DNA of 64,000 bases, from NCBI GenBank assembly GCA_030390025.1, contig CM059431.1:121646001-121710000 (forward strand). Direction: 5' to 3'. Under the pieces are notes generated by a model. It was not told the origin of the DNA, did not search any database, and saw only the letters and a list, made by a program, of their open reading frames with translations. A program made the translations under genes and the position numbers. Below, one piece after another: positions 11,215-21,902 of this stretch; position 1 is the first letter of the stretch, and the number at the start of each line of letters is the position of its first letter. Origin of the DNA: Squalus acanthias (lineage: Eukaryota).

Positions 11215-13160
11215 GTAATTAGGTGCCTACCTTACGTTTTAAGCTAAAAAATACATCTTTATCCATTGCATGCTGGAAAATACTAAACCTCTCAATCTAA
11301 GGTGTAAATTGAAATTTCTGAATTATTTTTATATACAAACACCATCATAATCTTCAATACTGCCAACTCCACCCCCTTTTTTCTCTCTCTACCTTCTCTG
11401 AAAACATTATGGCCTGGTGTTTCCTCCGTGGGCACAACCCAGAGGTTAGACCTGAAAAAGCACCCAATGTTGTACCCATTTTGGTGATGTCAAGTTACGC
11501 CCAAGTAACCTCCCAATCTCATTAAAATTTGCCCGACTTAAAATGGGCATAAATCAGTAGAAATCAGCATAAACAATCGGGGCTGAAGGAAAGCACCAAA
11601 TCTACACCATATACTTCTTCTTTAAGTATGAAAATTCAAGTTTCAACTCATTTAACCATCATCCATGCACATTAGGCACAGCATGTTTAAGAACCTGCAA
11701 TTGGGGAATCTTTTCAATTTTTAACGTGCCTCATACTGATGCCATGAAAATGAATTAAAAGCAATGGTAAATACAGAGCAATTCTCAGTGAATATCATTT
11801 TTTCTAAAAGCTTATAAGATTGCAATAAACACCAGAAAAAATACTACTTCTTCTGCTGCGCCTGAAAATCTTGTCGCATTGTGCAGAGACCCTCCGAACA
11901 AGCGTGAATGGAGGATAATTGCATTTGAGAGTTGGGGGCGTGTCCAGCTATGTGACAAGTGATTTGTTCGGGGTCAGGGTTTGATGGATGGCCATAACTC
12001 ACTTACGCCCAAAATTCCGTGACCTTTAAAGTCATGCAATTGGTTTATGCCCAGATTACCCGTGTCTTTGGGTACAAATGCAGAGGAAACTCTAGGCCTA
12101 TATCCAGGAGTATTAAGTTCCCAGTCCTGTGCAAACTTAAGCCACATCTCTGTTATAGCTACAATATCATATCCCTCCATAGTTATTACTGCTTCTAACG
12201 GTCTAGTTTTAGGTTTAATGCTTTGTGCATTCACATATATAGCACTCAATCTTGACTCCAATTTATTGAATGTTAACCCTTATTTTTTTCATGGTTCTTT
12301 CATTTCATTTTTTGATAACTCTTGCTCCTTCTGCAACAGTGTTTCTTATCTCTCACTGCCTCATAGCAAGTGGGATGTTCTTCTACATTACAGGTGCTAT
12401 ATAAATATAAGTTTTTCATTTTTATTGTTGTTGTTTCTTTCCCTTTCTCTTCAGATAGAATTCTCTCACCATTTACTTCAGCTAAGCTTTCTGCTTTTAT
12501 TCCAATAACTTTCCCTCTTGAGCCTGAAGCCTAATCTTGCTGCCCCATCATGATATTAGTTTAAATCATTTACCACTGCTCTATTCACTCTCTCCAAAAG
12601 AGCATTGGTGCCATTTAGCTTCATTTGAAGGCTGTCTCTTTGGTATAGGCTTTTCTTGTTCCAGAACTCACACCAATGTCTCAATAATGTGAACCCTTCC
12701 TTCCTGTACTATCCCTGCAGCCACACATTGATCTTTCTAATCTATCTCTCCTTAACCTGTCAAGCATGTGGAACAGGAAGCAATCTGGAGTTTACCACCC
12801 TTGAAATCTTGGTTTTCAATCTAATGCCTAATTCCTTGAACGGCCTCTTCAAAGACCTCAAGTTCCAGATGAACCAAATTTTTGTTGTTATTCCTCCCTT
12901 TCCAGAAGTCTTTCCACCCATTCTATGATGTTATTTACAAGGTTGGCAAGGTACCACTCAGGACTCCCTGTCATGACTGTAAACAAGGCTGTCTATTCCA
13001 GTGTCGAAAGAATCTCCTACTATTATCCTTTTACTATTCTTGTAGTCTATCTGTCTCTTACCTCCCCTTGGATAGTCCCTTGTTCCACAGTGCTGCAATG
13101 TTATTCAGGACCATCCTCCTCTGAGTTGCTGTCACTCTTCACCTCATACTTGTCCAACAC
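11215..13160 (-). mobile_element. Old CR1 5' region (APE endonuclease start and decayed upstream sequence), split by a MITE
   Basis: AIYVNAQSI...YDIVAITEMWL..QDWELNTPGY is an APE N-terminus; it continues left of the MITE. Confidence 0.7.
11411..12098. mobile_element. Harbinger-type MITE inside the CR1
   Basis: TIRs GGCCTGGTGTTTCCTC / GAGGAAACTCTAGGCC and 3-bp TSD TAT. Confidence 0.8.
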
Positions 13161-13489
13161 TATGGGTAGATTTTAACTAGTGGTAGTGGATCAGTCACCC
13201 ATTATACTTATTGCCTTCAATGGAAAGGAAAATAAGGAAGGGCGTATAACAGGCAGCTGAACGATTACCATTAGTTTTTCGCTTGGCAGAAAGTTCAAAT
13301 CTATCCTTAAGTATCTATTGAGCAGTTCCAGTAATTCATGGGTTCCCTGCAAATGTGAGCCCTATCGCTCTGTGCTGCCCCTGCAGGTGTTAACCTATTT
13401 CTTTCTTTCTACATTATGTCTGTGTCCTGAACTGTCTAACACGTCCTTTTGGCAACCACATTCTGTAGAGTATGATCCAGAAACGTAAT

Positions 13490-14574
13490 GGCCCATAATT
13501 TGCTGAAGGCGTGAATCTAATGGTATAGAACATAGAACATAGAACAGTACAGCACAGTACAGGCCCTTCGGCCCTCGATGTTGTGCCGAGCATTGTCCGA
13601 GACCAAGATCAAGCTATCACACTCCCTATCACTCTGCCCTTAGTTAGACTTTCCCTTACACGTTTAGGTTTTATCATTTTTAACGTGGCAAGTTGCTGAA
13701 AGTGGGAACTGATAATGGTGCGGTGAGAGGGAAACAGGGCATCTGGGACCTGAGTGAACAGGGCAAGCCTCCCTCTACTATATCCCATCAGACACTCCCA
13801 GAGCAAGAACAGCATGGGTTAGATACAGCGTATAACTCTGTATCTCCTTAACCAATCAGATTGAAGGATTGTGAAATTAACAGCGCAAGGACTGAGAAGG
13901 AAGTGTGAATTAGAGTGGGTGAATTCAATGTCAAATCAGCTACAGAAAGAGAAATAAAGAGGCAAAGAGACAGAAAGTAAAAATAAAAACGATTTTTTAA
14001 AATTTAAAATTTAAAATTTTACAGTTTTAAAATCTCCAACAACAATTAATACCTGTGATCCACACTTGTAATAGTTAATTTTCAGTGCCAGAGAGGTTGA
14101 TTGGCAGTAATTAACACTTATCACCAATATTCCCTGTAATTTTTTTTGAGCCATGCGGCCCCTTTAAGGGGCTGCGAGGGCCATTCAATATACCGCTCAT
14201 GCGCGGTTTTTGCATTCAAAAGCCAGCAAGCCGGCTGCGCAGGATCCCTGGAGTGCTGTGTGGCTGTGCAGCTTACAGGGAACATTGCTTATCACATTGT
14301 TAAAAAGGTACTTAGACTGAAATGAACAAGACTTAACATCCTGTCATAAGTTTAGTTCATATCTACCGTGCAAGTACAGCAGCTTCATGCCATTTGATGC
14401 ATTTCAATGGTGAGGCAGACAACCAAATGCCACTTTCATGAAGCTAATGACAGAGTGATGCATTTCAACATTTAACCTCACATCTGCCCTGGCCTGAAGT
14501 TGCTGTAGCATCTGCGCATAAATAATGGCGAGTGCCATTAGTCTCGCTGCTATTTTGACAACAAATTATGGCCC
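13490..14574. mobile_element. Harbinger-type MITE with a nested CR1 tail (about 13524-13631, minus) and a nested hAT MITE
   Basis: TIRs GGCCCATAATTTG / CAAATTATGGCCC; (ATAGAAC)n CR1 tail inside. Confidence 0.75.
14125..14287. mobile_element. hAT-type MITE (163 bp)
   Basis: TIR CAATRTTCCCTGTAA and perfect 8-bp TSD CTTATCAC (14117-14124 / 14288-14295). Confidence 0.9.
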
Positions 14575-15149
14575 AACAGCCTCCCTGATGCTGTGGAGTG
14601 TGGCCAGCTGCTGCTCGAACACAGAGAATCTCTGCTCCAGAAACTCAATTTAGTGCAAATGTGCTGCCTCTGTATGCCCTGATTCATGGTGGCCCACATA
14701 TCACATTCCATAAACATCACAGGGGTTCCCTGCATATCAATCCTTTGTGTCTTAAAAGAAATTGCTAGTGTTAGCCTGAGCACCGACTAACACCAAACTC
14801 CTCGAACTCATTTCACACAACGATGAATTATATTAAAAAAAACACTGCTCTTCAACTGTGCCTCAATGCTGAACTCTCTTCAAGGCCAATCTCTTACTAA
14901 GGCTACACACCACAATCATCTGGCCTTTCACACTCCACTGCCTCTCACAGTTTAGCATTGGGCTCTTCCTATTCTTTCAAATTCTTAGGCCGCGATTTTG
15001 CCGGCACTCAGAGGGCGGGTTTGGAGGCGGGTCAGAGGTTAAATTCGTTCCGAACCCGCCGTCAACCCGCCTCCACGCAACTTTGCCAAGTGTCGGGTCT
15101 GGGAGTCCTGCTCAGACCTGCCACCAAGCGGCAGGAGAGGCACTTAAGG

Positions 15150-15803
15150 CAGTTAACAGCTTGTGCACACATGTGGCCATTAGGGCACCCCATCACAATC
15201 CCAGCTGTATTTGGGAACTGCAAGGGCTTCCACTCCCTTAACGTCCAGCTGGTGTGTAACCACAGGAAGAACATTATGCATGTTTGCGCCAAGTTCCCTG
15301 GCAGTTGCCATGACTCGTTCATCCTGTGGCAGTCTACTGTGCCTCAGCTCTTCAATCCGCCAACCCAACTTTCCGGATGGCTACTTGGAGACAAGGACTA
15401 TCCCCTGAAGACGTGACTAATGACGTCATTGAGGAGGCCATCAAACGAAGCTGAGGAGCGCTACAATGCCAGCCACATTTCCACCAGAGCCATCATCGAG
15501 CAAACCATCGGCTTGCTCAAAATGCGATTCAGGTATCTCGACAGATCAGGTGGAGCCCTACAGTACTCACCAGCCAGGGTCTCCAGAATCATCATGGTCT
15601 TCTGTGCACTGCACAACATCGCACAGCAGCGTGGCTTACCGCTGCCTGAGAAACAAGTGGCTCAGCACACAGCCTCCTTGGAAGAGGAGGAGGAGGAGGA
15701 GGAGGAGGAGCAGAGGTGGATATGCCAGTTCCACCAGCACATGAGCACATTGCTGGCCATGATGCAAGCAAGGGATGCACTAATCCATGCCAGATTCGCT
15801 TAA
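15150..15803 (+). pseudogene. Harbinger DDE transposase (HARBI1-like), N-terminus deleted, internal stop
   Basis: [64 protein letters not shown]. Confidence 0.92.
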
Positions 15804-16066
15804 GCTTACGAAGCAAACACATGTGGTTGCCACCTTCTTAACACACCATACACCATCTGTACAATAAACTGTGGGTTCCTGTCACTCTCACCACCATCAT
15901 TACAGATGAAAGGCGCCCTGACACCTCACTGTGACACTTCCGTTTCTGGGCACACATAGGCCAACTCTTTGAATCTTTGCAATTGCATTTCTTTATTACA
16001 ATTGAAATGACGATGATAATCTTCAATTTGTATTACATCAAAACACCCAAGTGACTACCCTTGTGA

Positions 16067-17981
16067 CTATTTGTGTGTTAACTTTCTCTTATGCGTTCTT
16101 GTACGTGGTGCTTCCCCTGTGGCTTCAGCAGATGTGGAGGCACCTTGTTCACTTTCGTGCTGCTCCTGCTTCGACACCTTTGGTGGGCGTCCTCTGAGTT
16201 TGGGAGCCTGGGAGGGCTCAGCAACAGTCTGCTCCTCCTGCGACTGTGCAGTGGCTGAGACGGCCATCTCAGTTGGATGAGGAATCTGGGGCTCTGACCG
16301 AGGGCGCCACGGTGGCATGGGAGTGTGAGCGCTTGGAGACGAGCCCACACTTCCTTGTTGCCGACCACCAACATCCATCTCATGGCTCGCCTGCACGTCA
16401 CTGCTAGCAAGTAGCTGGAGAGCACCTTGCTGCCCATCAGTGGGTCCATGAGGACCCGTCTCTGTACTGACAGTCCTCATAATGGGGATGTTCATGTACC
16501 TCTGGTGTCTCTCCTCAATAGATGCCCATCTATCCTCCATAGCAGACCATCTATTTAGAAGAGTTACCTTGCTCTGTTATGTCTGGTGACTTATGTCCTC
16601 CAAGGAGGTTGCCACCCTCTCCATGGTGGCACGTTCATGTGCCATTGCCTCCACCATGGCATTGCTTATGTTTGAGATGGACTCCTCCATTCTCTACACA
16701 CTCGCAGTTACCGTGGATGCAAAACCTGTCAGAGACTCCTGCACTTGTTGCTGAAGTTCCAGCACCGCTCTCTTTCTGGATGGCCCCAGAGGCACAGGGT
16801 CCACATGCAGCTGAGCAGAGCTAGGAGCGCCCTACGGCCTCCCACAAGGACTCTCCACTGCTGTCCCTGTCTCCACCATCTGCTGATGCTCATGTGTGAG
16901 CTGTGATACACCAGATGACAATACTAATCTATCTCGCGAATGACCCACCAAGGTGTGCGTCTCTGCGCTGGTGCTGAGTGCGCTCAATTCTGCTGACACT
17001 GCACCCTCAGAGGTTGCAGCTTCCTCTCAGGAGTCTTCTGGCTCTTCCTCCTGGACAGTGAGGAGGGGGGCACTCGATGGTCCTGTGGGGGAGTAAAGGC
17101 ATGAGTTAGACATGTGATATTAACGTAGCAGGCACATCGAATTGTGCAGATGATCAGAACTCAATCTGTATGAACATCAGATGCCATATCAGTCACTCAT
17201 GCAATCTAACTGAGAGGGCTGCAAATCTATTCTGTCACCAGCTTGCTCTACTGCGTCTGGCTGACCGTCTCCCACTTCCAGATCCTCAGCACCTCCGACG
17301 ATGTCGAGAGCAGCCTCCTCAGCGGTGGTCAAGTGGGCAATGGAAGGTGGTCCTCCTCCTGTCCTGCCCCTCTCCCTCTTATTGTGGGCTCTCTTTTCCT
17401 GCAATGAGGGACACAAGTGGAGTTGGAGTGAGAATGTTGGATTGAGTGCAGAGAATCCATAGCATTGATGCTTAGAGGGAGACAAAGATGGAGTGAGGTG
17501 CCAATACCAAGGGCCCTCCCTGTGCATTGTTAGTTGTTGTCATTGCATAACAGTGATAGCGAGTGTGAGGGGTGCATAGTAGAATGGTGAAGTGATTCTG
17601 TACATAGAGAGAGAGGGATGGTTAAGGGTGCAAGGGATGTAAGGGTAAAGTGGGATGTGCAGGAGTAGGTTGACAATGCAGAGTGCTGGTGATGAGAGGA
17701 GATGGGGAGCAGATTGAAGGTAAGTGTGATGTTTTACTCACTTTTGCTGTGCGTAGCAGATCATTGAACGTTTTCCTGCACTGAACCCAGGTGCGACCAC
17801 ACAAAGACCTGGCGCTCACCTCCTCAGCAATTTGCAGCCAGGCTGCTTTGGTTTGCTGAAGAGGTTTCCTACATCCATTGGAGGGGAACAGTACCTCTTG
17901 GCGCCCTCTCACTCCCTCCACAAGAGCATGGAGGGAGTCATCATCAAATCTGGGAGATGCCTTGTGTCTTGCAGCAGTCAT
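16067..17981 (-). pseudogene. Harbinger Myb/SANT-like DNA-binding protein, three exons (17981-17742, 17398-17239, 17082-16067)
   Basis: MTAARHKASPRF...AWLQIAEEVSA...RTWVQCRKTFNDL, GTGAGT donor, then TTGCAG acceptor and EKRAHNKRERGRTGGGPP. Stops in exon 3. Confidence 0.85.
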
Positions 17982-18902
17982 TTTCAGAAGTACCACACCG
18001 AGAAGCAGCAGGAAAGGATGGTTCAAAAACAAGGCTGCATGGGCCCCTTAAATACAGCTGGCTGAGAGACGTCAGCAGAGGCGAGTATCAGACCCGAACC
18101 CACTGATTGGGCCGGGTAGCGCGCACGACGGGCTTAATCAGCCCACTTAATCAAAAATCGTAATTCCAGGGCGGCTGCAACCGACAGCGGGACCGGAACC
18201 CGCCGAACATCAAAGCCGCCTCCAATCCACTCCGCTCAGAAAATCGCAGCCTTACAGTCCAAACTTACACAATAGCCCAACCGCCACAGGAACAAACTTC
18301 CAATGAAAGAGTAGTGAATCAATTGTCTATTACCATCGCCAATCAGTTCACAGTTAAGGCACTAAATAAACAACTTTAATCAGCTCAAAGTATTGAACAG
18401 CTAAATTGAAGTAAAATAAACTTGTATTGCAGCTGGTCCACAGTACACAAATTTAGGAGACAACCTATAAGGTTTCTCACTGAAATTGTAAAAGACAGAA
18501 TCCCATGGATATTAAATATACCTGGGTGTATTGTCATAAAACACGAGGGTAAATTTTCCCCTTTGCACTGGGACCACTGTGTACTGGAGAGAATGAGGCA
18601 GCCCAAAGACAAAAGGACAAGCAAGGATCATCATTGCCAAGACATCCCTCCCTCTGAGTGATCTTTGGGTCACATGATTTTCTGGTTACTGGTCACCAGC
18701 AACAGGCAGAAGACCCAGTGCCAGCAGTCAGGTGCACAGCTGGGACATGCGCCAGTAAACAAGGCAGGAAACAGGAGTGCAGAAATGGCTGAACACTTGG
18801 CTGCCGGCAATGGGTCCTTCTGGCAACTGCTGCAGTCAAGCGAAAGCCACAAGACCTCAAGTTTGTCCTGGAGGAGAGGCGTGGAAGTACCTTAACAGGG
18901 TA

Positions 18903-19757
18903 CAAAAAGAAAATACTGCAGATGCTGGAAATCTGAAATAAAAACAGAAAATGCTGGAGATACTCAGCAGGTCAGGCAGCATCTGTGGAGAGAGAAACAG
19001 AGTTCATGGCCCAGAAATTCGGGTCGGAGGCTTCCCGCGGGTGCAAGCCCCCAACCTGCATTTACATAGCACGCCTGCCGTTGTGCTGTGAGCCCGCGTG
19101 GGATTCTGATCCTGGGCCTCCTCCAGCTGCCGGTGTGCAGTGCTCGCGTGTCCCAGCGGCGCAACTAGTTCCCACCGTCCCCTGGGATCACGTGGGCCAT
19201 GGGGAGCCAATCGGAGCACGGAATCTCCATTCATAGATTTGACAGGAAGACCTGTCAAATCTATGAATAGAGATCGGCCCCAAAACCCAAGTAAAACTTC
19301 AAATACATTTTTTTTAAAACATCACATTTTTAAAATAATTATAAATTACATAAATTAACTATTTTAAACAAAAATTTAAATTTTTGAAAAAATTAATTAA
19401 AGTTTTTAATGGGGCTAAAAATAAACTTACCTTTCTTTAAAGTATTTAAAAATGATAAACCTGTGGAAAAAATGTTTCAATTTTACTTAATTCACCTCTT
19501 ACCTTGTTAAAAGCAGACCCGCACGGAGAAACATGTAAAAAAACCGGAAGTTCCAGGTCTACTGCCTCTCCGGTGCACACGGTTGACCCGCGAACCCCTT
19601 CTTTCACGAGACCGGAAGTTCCGGTTTCCCGTGCATGCGCAGTGCATGCGCGAAACCGGCACTTCCGGTGGCCCTACGGGTGAGTACACAGCGCGTACTC
19701 ACCCGTGGGGACCCGAATTTCTGGGCCAACATTTCAGGTCGATGACCTTTCGTCAGA
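18903..19757 (-). mobile_element. Penelope terminal repeat with hammerhead core (19728-19757), split by a MITE
   Basis: 18903-19005 matches 5310-5406 and resumes after the MITE as minus-strand CUGACGA-AAGGUCAUCGACCU-GAAAUGUU. Confidence 0.85.
19008..19727. mobile_element. Harbinger-type MITE (720 bp), related to 20098-20837
   Basis: TIRs GGCCCAGAAATTCGGGTC / GACCCGAATTTCTGGGCC; GC-rich ends and AT-rich core. Confidence 0.85.
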
Positions 19758-19990
19758 GGTTGTGAATCTTTGGAATTCTCTACCTGAAAGGGTTGTAGAT
19801 GCTGAGTCGTTAAGTATATTCAAGGCTGAGATAGATAGATTTTTGGACTCGAGAGAAATCAAAGGATATAGGGATCGGGCGGGTAAGTGGATTTGAGGTT
19901 GAAGATCAGCCATGATCTTATTGAATAATGGAGCAGGCTCGAAGGATCCTATGGCATACTCCTGCTCTTAATTCTTATGGTCTTATGTTC
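19757..19990 (+). mobile_element. CR1 3' end
   Basis: VVNLWNSLPERVVDAESLSIFKAEIDRFL followed by the 3' UTR and (TTCTTATG)n tail. Confidence 0.9.
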
Positions 19991-20097
19991 TACCATTGCA
20001 TATGATTTGTCTGCAGCTATTTCAGGTGCAGTGACACACCTTTCAGAACCACCAGGAAATCCTAGAGAATGTGCTGGGGGTGGAGATCTGACATAAT

Positions 20098-20837
20098 GGC
20101 CCAAAAATTCGTGAGGAAGCCTTCGTGCGAGGGTAAGGCCTCCCCGCGATCTCTCACTGCGCGTTGGCTTTTTCAGTTCCACCTCGCACAAACTTGATGT
20201 TCTGGACAGCTGCTGTGCTGGGCTTGCGTATCCCACCGGCGTAGTTAATTCGTGCGAGCTGTGGGATCACGTGACTCAGTTAGAGCCAATGGCAGCACAC
20301 CATCTTCCATTCATAACTTTCACATAAGTGCTGTGAAAGTTATGAATACTATAGCCCCCCAAAAGAACCGCTAAACCTCAATTAAATTTAAAAAAAAATC
20401 ACTTTAATAAAATAAGTATAGTTAAATAAATTAACCATTTTAAATAAAAAATTAAATTTTTGAAAAAATGTAAAATCTTTTAAAAAGTTATAAAAATAAA
20501 CTTACCTGTCTTTAAAGTCTCTAAAAAAGATATACCTGTTAAAAAAAATTCAAAATAATACTTAATTCACTACTTACCTTGTTAAAAGTGGGTCTTACTC
20601 CTCCTTTTTTTATGTCTAGAATCTTCCGTACTTACCTGCGCGTTGAAACCACTAAGTGCACAGCGTGCGCGCAGCCTGTAGCGCGCACGTGGTTCACCTA
20701 GGACCCGCCCCCTTTTCCATTCACCAAGTGCCGGTTTTCAGCGCATGCGCAGTGCATGCAGATAACCGGCAATTGGAGACAGAATACGCGAGAGTACGCA
20801 GTGCGTACTCTCGCGTAGCGGCACTAATTTTTGGGCC
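20098..20837. mobile_element. Harbinger-type MITE
   Basis: TIRs GGCCCAAAAATT / AATTTTTGGGCC and AAT TSD; homologous to 19008-19727. Confidence 0.85.
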
Positions 20838-21129
20838 AATGGGTCTCTGCCCTTTATTCCCCTTTGCTGAGCCTGGGAACTAAGCATTTCTCAGATGGAA
20901 CAAAGACAAAAAATTACCCCACGGAGCGAAGTTTATTGACTGCAAAGCAGCTAATGCTACAAGCTTTAAAAAGTCAAATTTCATAAAGATCTGGGCACCT
21001 TTATTGAATTGATTATGAAAGAGACATTTATGAATGAGATGGATCAATGTGCACCTTCTCAAACATTTATATGTAGTTGGATGTAGTTGTTTCTAATTTC
21101 AAAGACTTGTTTTGATGATGTTTATTTAC

Positions 21130-21470
21130 AAGAACACAAGATACTTATGGATAAGGAATACCATTTGGCTCATCTTAATTATCCATCCAAAACAATCCTG
21201 CATTCTCTCCATTGCTGCACCTAATTATTTCTTACATGATTCTAGAGTTTCCATCTCCACCACTCTGCCTGGAACTCCTTTCCAAATATTGTTAACTCCC
21301 TGTGTGAAGAAGGCCTTCCTGATACCAGTCCTAAATTTACATTTTACTAGCTTAAATCTGTGTCCCATTGTTCTACACCCACTATTTATCTTAAAGTAGT
21401 ATTCTAGCTTAACCTTTTCTATACCATTCATTATCTTATATACCACAGATGCCTCCTTTCTAGATTGAAA
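21130..21470 (-). mobile_element. Old CR1 3' fragment
   Basis: VYKIMNGIEKV...RTMGHRFKL...RKAFFTQGVNNIWKGVP. Confidence 0.8.
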
Positions 21471-21475
21471 GTTCA

Positions 21476-21805
21476 AGGGGGAAAAATTGGGTTGCTTTGC
21501 GCCTCCCGTTAAGAGGGCGCTAATGGGGCGCAAAGCAACTAGCGCCCGGGCGTGGCGCCGCGTACGCCTCCGGCGAAATTCAGCTGGAGGTTAGCGGTGG
21601 CGCTAACCGGTAGCGCCCCGCGTAGCTGCGCCGCCGGTAATGACATCATCGGCGTGCGCAGCGCCCCGCTCGCGCCCCCGCCGCTATCTTCGGGAGCGCC
21701 CCCTGACTTACCGCCAGACGCTATGTCCAACAGGGTCAGGGGGACCTACCTGCAGCCGGGGAGGCACTATTTAAAGGTGAGGTGCGGGCGGCCATTTTTG
21801 TTGCT
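21476..21805. mobile_element. Partial GC-rich MITE (9448 / 54465 family)
   Basis: Terminus GGGGGAAAAATTGGGTTGC; collinear with 54465-54790. Confidence 0.75.
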
Positions 21806-21902
21806 TGTCTTGTTCATTTCAATGGAAAATTTCTTTGCTTTTCCTTCTTCTCATTTTGAAGTATTGCATCAGCAACAGTTTTCCCAGCAAAGGAAATGCT
21901 TT

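Larger units (their letters stand above)
14988..18251. mobile_element. PIF/Harbinger transposon with convergent transposase (+) and Myb/SANT (-) gene relics
   Basis: TIRs GGCCGCGATTTT / AAAATCGCAGCC, TTA TSD and two-gene architecture. Confidence 0.95.

Noticed and set aside
15150..15803. Host HARBI1 or MSANTD/NAIF1 gene call
   Set aside because: Lies within TIRs and a TTA TSD, is disrupted and is multicopy, so it is a transposon relic.
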